Source: Chloroflexota bacterium
GTDB lineage: Bacteria > Chloroflexota > UBA11872 > VXOZ01
Assembly: GCA_964291655.2 (NCBI GenBank)
Contig: OZ219802.1
Span: 2,528,001 to 2,592,000 of the forward strand
Direction of reading: 5' to 3'
DNA: 64,000 nt
The first letter of the stretch is position 1, and each line of letters opens with the position of its first letter. This document shows, in pieces, positions 19,721-28,175 of this stretch. The translations under genes and the position numbers were made by a program. Under the pieces are notes generated by a model that had not been told where the DNA came from, made no database searches, and saw only the letters and a program-made list of their open reading frames with translations.

Positions 19721-21265
19721 ATGCAAGTTGCTTCCCAAATTGAGGTATTGGTCGAGAATGCGTCGGCGCCCCGCGGGCTCGAGGGGTGCGCCATCGTGAT
19801 CTTTGGCGCGACCGGCGATCTAACGCGCCGCATGATTGTGCCCGCACTCTACAACCTACAGCAGCGCGGTCTGCTGCCGCGTGACTTTGCCATCGTAGGA
19901 TTTTCTCGCAGCAGGTGGGATACGGCGATATTTCGGGACAAGATGAAGGCGGCCGTGCGCGAGTATGCGGGCAACGTTGCCGTTGACGAAGACTCGTGCA
20001 ATCAGTTTGTGAAGCGTCTGCACTATATCTCCGGCAACTACAGCAATGGTGAGGACTTTCAACAGCTTGCGGCCATGCTGAACACGGTTTCCGATCAGCA
20101 TAACTGCGGCGGCAGGTACGTCTTCTATCTCTCCACCCCACCCAGCGTGTACTCTAATGTGATCCAGCAACTTGGCGCCGTGGGCCTGCATCATGTGCAG
20201 GGCAGTGACGCCTGGCGGCGTGTTGTGATCGAGAAACCGTTTGGCCGGGACCTCGCGACGGCGCAGACACTCAACGCGCAGATTGCAAACGTGTTCGCAG
20301 AGTCCCAGACCTACCGCATCGATCACTACCTCGGTAAAGAGACGGTGCAGAATATCCTGGTTTTCCGGCTGGCGAACCACATTTTCGAACCATTGTGGAA
20401 TCGCCGCTATGTGGACCATGTGCAGATAACTGCATCGGAGAGTTTGGGAATAGAGCACCGAGCCGGATACTACGAAGAGTCCGGCGCGATGCGCGACATG
20501 TTTCAGAACCACCTGCTGCAACTCTACTCTCTGGTGGCGATGGACCCGCCGGTAGTGTTTGATGCCGAGGCGGTGGGCGCGGAAAAGATCAAGGTCTTGC
20601 GGGCTACCCGCCCCATCCCACTGACGCAGATCGATCAGTGGGCGGTGCGCGGACAATACGGTCCGGGCTGGGTCCGTGAGGAATACGTCAAAGGATATCG
20701 CGAAGAGGAGAATACCGACCCGAACTCTAATCGCGAGACCTTTGCCGCGCTGAAGCTCTATATCGACAACTGGCGTTGGGAGGGCGTGCCTTTCTATCTG
20801 CGCTCCGGAAAGAGCATGACAAAGAAGGTGACGGAGATTGCCATTCAGTTTAAGCGCGTGCCTCACTTGCTCTTCGGGCTTACCCCTGCCGATGCCCTGA
20901 ATCCCAATGCGATTGTCATTCGCGTACAGCCTAACGAGGGGTTCTCGCTTCAATTCCGCGTTAAATCCCCCGGTCAGACGATCCAGGTGCATCAAGTCAG
21001 CATGAATTTTGACTATGAATCGCTCTTCAATGGTGAAGCGCCGCCGGCGTATGAAACACTGCTACTGGACATAATGAGGGGCGACCGCACGCTCTTTGCC
21101 CACAGTGAATGGATTGAATACGCCTGGGGTTTGATTACGCCCATCATCGAGGCGTGGGAATCCCGTCCCGCCGGCAACTTCCCGAATTACGAGGCCGGTA
21201 GCTGGGGGCCACCCGAGGCCGATGCCCTTATCGCCATGGACGGCCGCTCCTGGCGACGGCCGTAG
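19721..21265 (+). CDS. zwf: Glucose-6-phosphate 1-dehydrogenase
   Basis: GATGDL, EKPFG.D, RIDHYLGKE, RDM.QNH, RW.GVPFYLR.GK, Y.AGSWGP. Confidence 0.97.
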   Translation: MQVASQIEVLVENASAPRGLEGCAIVIFGATGDLTRRMIVPALYNLQQRGLLPRDFAIVGFSRSRWDTAIFRDKMKAAVREYAGNVAVDEDSCNQFVKRLHYISGNYSNGEDFQQLAAMLNTVSDQHNCGGRYVFYLSTPPSVYSNVIQQLGAVGLHHVQGSDAWRRVVIEKPFGRDLATAQTLNAQIANVFAESQTYRIDHYLGKETVQNILVFRLANHIFEPLWNRRYVDHVQITASESLGIEHRAGYYEESGAMRDMFQNHLLQLYSLVAMDPPVVFDAEAVGAEKIKVLRATRPIPLTQIDQWAVRGQYGPGWVREEYVKGYREEENTDPNSNRETFAALKLYIDNWRWEGVPFYLRSGKSMTKKVTEIAIQFKRVPHLLFGLTPADALNPNAIVIRVQPNEGFSLQFRVKSPGQTIQVHQVSMNFDYESLFNGEAPPAYETLLLDIMRGDRTLFAHSEWIEYAWGLITPIIEAWESRPAGNFPNYEAGSWGPPEADALIAMDGRSWRRP

Positions 21266-21401
21266 GAACGCCAACGAATTCCCCTACTGGTTGTCCTGAC
21301 GTTCGTGCAGACGGATTCTGCTACACTTAGGGCATTCACCAAAGCTAAGTAGCTAAGAACTGGTCTAGCCAGATATATTGACTGGGAGCATTTGTGCATT
21401 T

Positions 21402-23156
21402 ATGAGACGTTCATCGTTACTCTGTGAAACACTGCGGGACGATCCTGCGGAAGCGGACGTACCCAACCACAAGCTACTGGTACGCGGCTGCTTCATCCGG
21501 CAACTTGCCTCCGGCATTTACAGCTTGCTGCCCCTTGGCGCGCGCGTTGCGGCCAAGATCGAGCAAGTACTCCGTGAGGAGATGGATGCTATCGGCGGCC
21601 AGGAGCTCATCATGCCGGTAGTACAGCCTGCCGAAATCTGGCAGCAGACGGGTCGTTGGTACGACATTGGCGACGACTTGCTGCGGCTGAAGGACCGCGC
21701 AGATCACGACCTGGTGCTCGCCATGACCCATGAGGAAGTTATCACCAGCCTCATTGGCTACAACGTGCATTCCTATCGCCAACTGCCGGTGATGCTCTAC
21801 CAGATCCAGACGAAGTTCCGCGACGAACCGCGTCCGCGGGCCGGAGCGATCAGGCTGCGTGAATTCACGATGAAGGATGCCTACAGCGCGCACGTCACCC
21901 AGGAGGACCTGGACCGCTATTATCCTGACGTGTACCAGGCGTACTTCAACATCTTTCGCCGCTGTGGGCTGGACGTGATGTCGGTGGATTCCGACGTGGG
22001 CATGATGGGTGGCACCATGGCCCATGAGTTCATGTCGCTGACGCCGGTGGGAGAGGATACGCTGGTGCTCTGTGACGCGTGCGGGCTCAGCGCCAACCGG
22101 CAGATTGCCACGTTTCGCAAAGTCGTTGTTGACGGCGGCGAGCCGCAGCCGCTGGAGGAAGTGGCAACGCCGGATACGAAGACAATCGCGGACCTCGCCC
22201 TGCTCTTGGACATTCCCGAATCGAGCACCGCGAAAGCTACCTTCTTCATGGGCGACCGGGACTTGATCTTCGCGGTGGTGCGCGGCGACATGGAAGTGAA
22301 CGAGACTAAGCTCGTAAACGCGACGAAATCCACCATGCTGCGGCCTGCAACCGAGGGAGAACTACGAGAACATGGGATCGTAGGAGGCTATGCCTCGCCG
22401 ATTGGCGTGAGCGGCGTGCAGGTCGTTGTTGACGATCTGGTGGCCGAGTCCACAAATCTTGTCGCGGGCGCGAATAAGGAAGGCGTTCATCTGTACAACG
22501 TGAATTACGGCCGAGACTACAACGCAGACATTGTGGCGGATATTGCCAGCGCGTACGATGGAGCGCCGTGTCCGAGTTGCGGCGGGCCGGTGCATTTGGA
22601 GCGTGCTATCGAGGTGGGGAACATCTTCAAGCTGGGCACCAAGTACACGGCGGCGCTCAAGGCGCAGTACCGCGATGAGGCCGGAGAACAGCACCCGATG
22701 GTGATGGGATGCTATGGCATTGGCGTCGAGCGGCTCATGGCGGCAGTGGTAGAGGCCTCACACGATGAGCGAGGCATAATCTGGCCGGTCGCTGTTGCGC
22801 CCTACCACGTCTACCTGGTGGTGCTGAACCAGAACGACGAAACGGTCTTGCAGGCGGCGGAGCAGCTTTACGCCGATCTCGGCGCGGCCGGCATTTCCGT
22901 GCTCTTCGACGACCGCAACGAGAGCCCCGGGGTAAAGTTCACCGACGCCGACCTCCTTGGCATGCCGCTGCGTATTACCGTCAGCCGTCGCACGTTGAAG
23001 AATGAGGCGGTAGAACTCAAGCTCCGCACGGATAAGGACTTCACGCTCGTACCGCTGGCGGAGGCCGTCACCCAAGCGCAGTCGCAGATCGAGGCGCTGC
23101 AGGCGGCTATTGACGAGCGCGTGGTTGAAGAAGAATTTGTGGTGAGCGCCGGGTAG
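21402..23156 (+). CDS. proS: Proline--tRNA ligase with editing insertion domain
   Basis: THEE, YQIQTKFRDE.RPR, REF.MKDAYS, IEVGNIFKLG, MGCYGIG, anticodon-binding domain. Confidence 0.96.
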   Translation: MRRSSLLCETLRDDPAEADVPNHKLLVRGCFIRQLASGIYSLLPLGARVAAKIEQVLREEMDAIGGQELIMPVVQPAEIWQQTGRWYDIGDDLLRLKDRADHDLVLAMTHEEVITSLIGYNVHSYRQLPVMLYQIQTKFRDEPRPRAGAIRLREFTMKDAYSAHVTQEDLDRYYPDVYQAYFNIFRRCGLDVMSVDSDVGMMGGTMAHEFMSLTPVGEDTLVLCDACGLSANRQIATFRKVVVDGGEPQPLEEVATPDTKTIADLALLLDIPESSTAKATFFMGDRDLIFAVVRGDMEVNETKLVNATKSTMLRPATEGELREHGIVGGYASPIGVSGVQVVVDDLVAESTNLVAGANKEGVHLYNVNYGRDYNADIVADIASAYDGAPCPSCGGPVHLERAIEVGNIFKLGTKYTAALKAQYRDEAGEQHPMVMGCYGIGVERLMAAVVEASHDERGIIWPVAVAPYHVYLVVLNQNDETVLQAAEQLYADLGAAGISVLFDDRNESPGVKFTDADLLGMPLRITVSRRTLKNEAVELKLRTDKDFTLVPLAEAVTQAQSQIEALQAAIDERVVEEEFVVSAG

Positions 23157-23241
23157 ATTCTCGCTTGAGTGGGAACGACGGTCTAGTCTTTTGCCCGGTC
23201 TCCTTGCACGAGAGGACTAGCTGCACGACGCGTATGCGCAG

Positions 23242-23294
23242 GAGCCCCTCACCGTTCATACTTCGACTGGCTCAGCACGAACGGTGAGGGGCTC
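23242..23294. repeat. REP-like hairpin with 16-bp perfect arms; possible bidirectional terminator between proS and the NmrA gene
   Basis: GAGCCCCTCACCGTTC...CTTCGACTGGCTCAGCAC...GAACGGTGAGGGGCTC. Confidence 0.7.
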
Positions 23295-23352
23295 TTCACG
23301 AGACCACGAGTCTGAGATGAAGCGAGGTGTCTGGGAATTGTGGAGTGTCGCT

Positions 23353-24261
23353 TCACGAGAATGAGCGTGGCGAATGCACCTCTAGTTCAATCTTCAGGTC
23401 CATGGTCCAGCGCGCTTGGCTGAGGTAGTTTGCAAAGTCCATTGGCCGAAAGCCGAGAGCTTTCTCCATCCCTTCGACGCCTGCCGTGAAACCCTCTTTC
23501 CACAGCCAGTCGTAATACGCTGCATAGTCAGCGCCCATGCTTTCGGCCACCCACTCCGGCGGCAGCGGGTAGAATTCTACCGTCCTGCCGATGGCGGTAC
23601 CAATGGCTGCCGCTATCTCCTCCCATGTTAGCGCGTCCCCGGCCAGGTCGAGAGTCTTGCCCGTCCACGCTTCCGGTGCAGCCAGCACCGTGGCGGCGGC
23701 GCGGCCGATGTCGTCCACGGCGACGAGTTGGGTGGCAATGTGGGGCGGCATGGGCGCGTGGAGCCGACCCGCCAGCAAGTTGCCGGCCAGGGCGTCCGCG
23801 CCGAAGTTATCCATGAAGAAGACAGGCCGCAGCAGCGTCCAGTCTAGGCCGCTGGCTTGCAGGTACTCTTCCGCACAGTACTTTTGCGCGTAATGGGGCA
23901 CGTCATTCAGGTCTGCCGCGCGCTGCACCGAAGAATAGACGACGTGCCGGACTTTGGCATCCCGAGCCGCGTCGATGCAGGTCTTGAGCTGCTGCCATTC
24001 CGCCTCCGGGCCGTCGGCGTAGGGCGTGCCCACAAGGAAAACGCAGTCCACGCCCTGGCACGCTCGTTTCATCTGCTCTGAATCGGTCATGTCGCCCACG
24101 ACTACCCGCGCCCCGGCTTCTATAAGCGTCTCGGCGCGGGCAAAGTCACGCGTGAGCGCGCGCACGGTTTTCCCAGCAGCCAAGAGTGCGTGCGCCACAG
24201 CGCCGCCCTGTTGTCCGGTTGCGCCGGTCACGAGAGTCAGGCCGTTCGACATCTGGGCCAA
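23353..24261 (-). CDS. NmrA/HSCARG-family NAD(P)-binding protein
   Basis: VTGATGQQGG, VVYSS, PHY..K, LRP.FFMDN, V.V.DIG. Confidence 0.92.
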   Translation of the reverse strand: MAQMSNGLTLVTGATGQQGGAVAHALLAAGKTVRALTRDFARAETLIEAGARVVVGDMTDSEQMKRACQGVDCVFLVGTPYADGPEAEWQQLKTCIDAARDAKVRHVVYSSVQRAADLNDVPHYAQKYCAEEYLQASGLDWTLLRPVFFMDNFGADALAGNLLAGRLHAPMPPHIATQLVAVDDIGRAAATVLAAPEAWTGKTLDLAGDALTWEEIAAAIGTAIGRTVEFYPLPPEWVAESMGADYAAYYDWLWKEGFTAGVEGMEKALGFRPMDFANYLSQARWTMDLKIELEVHSPRSFS

Positions 24262-24335
24262 GTCCCCCTTTTCTCCAATTCTCGCCGGCGAATGATACCA
24301 CGGTCAGTGGTATAGTGAAAAAAGGAGAATACTTC

Positions 24336-24776
24336 ATGAAAGAATACAAACATACTAATGCGGACGAATATGCGGCGCTCAGCCGTCGCTTTGTTCGTCA
24401 GGCCCAAGAAGAATTCGATAAAGGCGACCGGCTCCAAGCATCCGAAAAGGCTTGGGGCGCCGCGGCACACGCAGTCAAGGCCGTTGCCGTGAGCAAAGGC
24501 TGGAACCACAACTCACATAGACTGCTCTTTGACATCGTAGACCAAGTCTCCCGCGACATGGAAAACCCTGGCTTGCGCTCGCTCTTCCATGCGGCAAACT
24601 CTTTGCACCAGAATTTCTACGAAAACTGGCAGCCGGACGGTTCGGTACAGGCCGGCATCAATGAAGTGAAGCAGTTGGTTGACTTGCTGGATGAGATTCG
24701 CACGCGGCCCCCAATGCCGTCCGCTGTGATTGATCCCCGACAGTGGGAGCGCCTCACACGATCTCCAACGGAATAG
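24336..24776 (+). CDS. PaREP1-family (HEPN-fold) protein
   Basis: AAGGAG SD; GD.LQASEK.WGAAA..VKA...H...A..LH.NFY motif. Confidence 0.85.
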   Translation: MKEYKHTNADEYAALSRRFVRQAQEEFDKGDRLQASEKAWGAAAHAVKAVAVSKGWNHNSHRLLFDIVDQVSRDMENPGLRSLFHAANSLHQNFYENWQPDGSVQAGINEVKQLVDLLDEIRTRPPMPSAVIDPRQWERLTRSPTE

Positions 24777-24805
24777 TTGAACAGGCATACCTGCACGCCG
24801 CTCCA

Positions 24806-25693
24806 TCAGCGGGGCACGGGCAGGCCGGTCGTGTTCAGCCGGATGCGGTAGAGGCTCGTGCGGGCAGTGACGAAGAGTGTGCTCCAGTCCGCTCCACCCC
24901 AAGCCACATTGGCCGGCTGTTCGTCGCCGATGATCCTCCCGAGCACGTGTCCTGCCGGATTTATCACCCAGATGCCGCCCGGCCCGGTGCAGAAGATGTT
25001 TCCTTGCGTGTCCACCTTCATGCCGTCGGGACTGCCGTCATCGCTTGAATTCATATCTGTCCAGAGGCGGTAATTGTCCAGGGCGCCGTCATCTCGCACC
25101 GCAAACGCGCGTATGTGGCGCCGCCGGCTGTCATTAACGTAGAGCGTTCGCTCATCGGGCGCAAAGGCAAGACCGTTCGGCCGGTCAAAGTCATCAGCCA
25201 AGAGGTGCAGCACGCCGTCGGTCGTAATCATATACACGCCGCGGAAGTCCAGGTCCGGCTCCAATCCCAAGTCCTCCACGCCGTACGGCGGATCGGTAAA
25301 GTAGAGCGTGCCGTCAGTGCTTACAACCACGTCGTTTGGGCTGTTGAGACTCTTGCCTTGGTAGGAGTCCGCCAGGGTCGTGTACGTGCCGTCGGCCCCT
25401 TGCCTACTCACCCGCCGTGCGGAGTGCTCACAGGAGATGAGTAGCCCCTCGCGGTCCAGCGTAAGACCGTTCGCATTGCCGGAGGGTGTGCGATAGGTAC
25501 TCACCGAGAAGCCTTCCGGCGATTCTTGCCAGCGCACGGTGCGGCTGTTGGGAATATCGCTGAACAGCAGGCTGCCGTCCCGCCAGACTGGGCCTTCGGT
25601 GAATTTGAACCCGCCCGCGACGCGCTCGAGTTCCGCGTCTTGCGGTACAAGCTGAAAGAAAGCGGGATCGCGTACGTCGAAAGTGGTTGCCAT
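24806..25693 (-). CDS. SMP-30/gluconolactonase/LRE family protein
   Basis: FTEGPVW, FSDIP, NGL, NSPND, FTDP, PNGLAF.PD, PDG.KVD. Confidence 0.93.
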   Translation of the reverse strand: MATTFDVRDPAFFQLVPQDAELERVAGGFKFTEGPVWRDGSLLFSDIPNSRTVRWQESPEGFSVSTYRTPSGNANGLTLDREGLLISCEHSARRVSRQGADGTYTTLADSYQGKSLNSPNDVVVSTDGTLYFTDPPYGVEDLGLEPDLDFRGVYMITTDGVLHLLADDFDRPNGLAFAPDERTLYVNDSRRRHIRAFAVRDDGALDNYRLWTDMNSSDDGSPDGMKVDTQGNIFCTGPGGIWVINPAGHVLGRIIGDEQPANVAWGGADWSTLFVTARTSLYRIRLNTTGLPVPR

Positions 25694-25789
25694 GTTGATT
25701 TGCTCCAAAGTTATCCGCGTAGCGGCTACGGGGCATGATTCGCTAAATAGTGCCAAGTCTGTGGAGGAGTGCCGGCTAGCGGCGAAGAT

Positions 25790-26502
25790 CCCCTCACCCT
25801 AACCCTCTCCCCAAGGAGAGGGGATGTACAGGCTACTCACCTCAATCCCTCCCCCAGGGAGAGGGGCTATACAGGCTACTCACCCTAACCCTCTCCCCCA
25901 GGGAGAGGGGCTATACAGGCTACTCACCCTAACCCTCTCCCCCAGGGAGAGGGGCTATACAGGCTACTCACCCTAACCCTCTCCCCCAGGGAGAGGGGAT
26001 ATACAGGCTTATCACCCTGACTCTCCCCCAGGGAAAGGGGATGTACAGGCTACTCACCCTAACCCTCTCCCTGTATAGACCGGGTTGATGGGTAACAGGT
26101 GTTCGGGTTGATAGGTTACACCATCGAATATGGGAGTTTTCGTTGTATGCAGTGTCCATGCCATGGAAGTTAGACCAACTCAATACCCTTATGGATACGG
26201 CTTTTCCCCTGGCACCAGCTCACGAACTGAACATGAGTATGTCGTGGTGCCTGGAACGTCTATTTCTCTGCCCAACCTAAAGCGCCCAAAGGTGTCAATC
26301 AGTACAATGTGTAACCTATCAACCCGAACACCTGTTACCTATCAGCCCAGTCTGTACACTCCCCAGGGAGAGGGAATGTACAGGCTACTCACCCTAACTC
26401 TCTTCCCAGGGAGAGGGAATGTCAGGCTACTTACCCTAACTCTCCCCCAGGGAGGAGGGGCTGTACAGGCTACTTACCCTAACCCTCTTCCCGAGAAGAG
26501 GA
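25790..26502. repeat. Tandem array of ~10 REP hairpin units of 42-44 bp (CTCACCCTAACCCTCTCCCCCAGGGAGAGGGGCTATACAGGCTA); unit 7 interrupted by a MITE
   Basis: CAGGCT anchors at 25829, 25872, 25916, 25960, 26004, 26046, 26381, 26423, 26466; no unique spacers. Confidence 0.92.
26072..26358 (+). mobile_element. 287-bp IS481-like MITE, copy 1
   Basis: TGT...ACA ends; 50-bp TIRs (46/50 match); 5-bp duplication CTCCC at 26067-26071 and 26359-26363; MPWK at 26158 and GAWNVYF at 26246. Confidence 0.9.
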
Positions 26503-26560
26503 GATGTTCTTGCTTTCTGCCGGGAGTGTGGATAGCCCCCCTAAGGTTATGCCCTTTGGC

Positions 26561-27976
26561 TTACCGTCGTCGGAAGACGTGTACGGCGCGGCGGTCGACG
26601 TCCCAGGAGGCTTCCATGATAGCTTCCGCGAGCGTGGGATGGGGATGAATATTGAGGCCGACTTCCAGGGGCGTTGCTTCCAGCATTTGCGCCAGTCCCA
26701 TCTCGGCGACGATGTCGGTGGCGCCGGGCCCTATGACGTGGGTACCCAGAATCTCATCGGTCTTGGCGTCGCAGACCATCTTTACAAAGCCTTCGGTCTG
26801 CCCCTTGATGAGCGCCTTGCCCAGTGCGGCAAAGGGGAATCGCCCGACTTTCACTTCCTTCCCCTGCGCGGCGGCTTCCTCCTCCAAGAGACCGATGCTC
26901 GCGATTTCCGGTCGGCAATACGTGGCGCGAGGCACGCGCAAGGGGTCCAGTGGGAAGGAACTCTCACCGGCAAGGTGCTCCATGGCGATGTGCCCTTCGG
27001 CGGTGGCCTTGTGGGCGAGCAGGAAGCCGCCCGCTACGTCGCCTATCGCGTAGACGTGCGGCACATTTGTGCGGCCGTATCCGTCAACCGGAATGATGCC
27101 GCCCTCCGACTTTATGCCAAGCGCATCCAATCCAAGGCCCTCGGTGTTGCCAATTCTTCCGACGGCCACAAGCAGCACATCTGCATGCAGAGACTCTTGC
27201 TTACCTTTTACTTCAATGTCAACCGTTGCAGAATCTTCATTCGTCTTTAGACTTTCCACCAACAGCTTGGCGTCAGTCTTGACAGTAATCCCACGCCGCT
27301 TAAACGAGCGGCCGAGTTCCTTGCCGATGTCTTTGTCTTCCAAGGGCACCAATGTCGGCATGATCTCGACCACCGTCACGGCCACGCCAAAATCGTGAAG
27401 GAGACTTGCCCATTCAACGCCTACCGCACCCGCGCCCAAGATGATGACCGACTCCGGCAGCGTGGTGAGTTCAAGCGCATGATCGCTGCTGATCACCGCT
27501 TTGCCGTCTATCTCCAGTCCCGGCAGGCTGCGTGGTCGTGAGCCGGTCGCGATGACGACGTTGTCGGCGCTAAGGTCTTGGCCGCCGGCGCTGCTCTCCA
27601 CGTGCACTGTTTGGGGCGACGTGAGGGTTCCGGTCCCGAAGAAAACGTCTATTTTGTTTCTTTTCAGCAGCCCTTGCACGCCTTTGTGGAGCTGTGCCAC
27701 CACCTGGGACTTGCGATCAAGCACTTTGGCATAGTCAAATGAAACATCCGTGGCGACAACTCCAAAGGCCGTGCTTTCGTCGCGGGCGTGGTACAGGTGC
27801 TCGGCGGATTCCAGCAAAGCCTTGGTGGGGATGCAGCCTTTGTGGAGGCAGATTCCGCCGAGTTTTTCCTTCTCGACCACAGCCACCTTGAGCCCAAGTT
27901 GTGCGCCGCGAATTGCGGCAGGGTAGCCCCCCGGGCCACCGCCAATAATCACAACGTCATGTGTGTTTTCTGCCAT
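26561..27976 (-). CDS. lpdA: Dihydrolipoyl dehydrogenase (E3)
   Basis: GGGPGG, GGICLHKGCIPTK, ATGS, YAIGD, LAHKA, HPHPTL.E. Confidence 0.96.
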   Translation of the reverse strand: MAENTHDVVIIGGGPGGYPAAIRGAQLGLKVAVVEKEKLGGICLHKGCIPTKALLESAEHLYHARDESTAFGVVATDVSFDYAKVLDRKSQVVAQLHKGVQGLLKRNKIDVFFGTGTLTSPQTVHVESSAGGQDLSADNVVIATGSRPRSLPGLEIDGKAVISSDHALELTTLPESVIILGAGAVGVEWASLLHDFGVAVTVVEIMPTLVPLEDKDIGKELGRSFKRRGITVKTDAKLLVESLKTNEDSATVDIEVKGKQESLHADVLLVAVGRIGNTEGLGLDALGIKSEGGIIPVDGYGRTNVPHVYAIGDVAGGFLLAHKATAEGHIAMEHLAGESSFPLDPLRVPRATYCRPEIASIGLLEEEAAAQGKEVKVGRFPFAALGKALIKGQTEGFVKMVCDAKTDEILGTHVIGPGATDIVAEMGLAQMLEATPLEVGLNIHPHPTLAEAIMEASWDVDRRAVHVFRRR

Positions 27977-28175
27977 AGTGCCTTCCCTTCAGGACTGGGT
28001 CAGCCTGAAATCGGTATTCATTCAAGAATTCTTCTCGTGTGCGCTAATTCCATCTTGCCGAATGCACTGCTCAGGAATCAAATCGGGCGAACTCTGCGTT
28101 CGCCCGATGTTCCGAAACTTGGAGCCAGGAGATTACGCCACCCAGGTGAAAACGCCACCCAGGTGAATGCGCCGC

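Noticed and set aside
25797-25806. Telomeric CCCTAA repeat
   Set aside because: Fewer than two copies per unit; it is part of the REP arm.
26072-26358. Tn7/CAST mini-element
   Set aside because: TGT/ACA ends and a 5-bp duplication fit, but the symmetric 50-bp TIRs and MPWK/GAWNVYF remnants fit IS481 better; no tns or cas genes.
25790-26502. CRISPR array
   Set aside because: Units are contiguous with a constant linker and no unique spacers; no cas genes in the window.
26130-26648. ORFs 26130..26648, 25968..26183, 43479..43814 and 43761..43988 as genes
   Set aside because: They are read-throughs of MITE and REP sequence, identical only inside the element and overlapping real genes.
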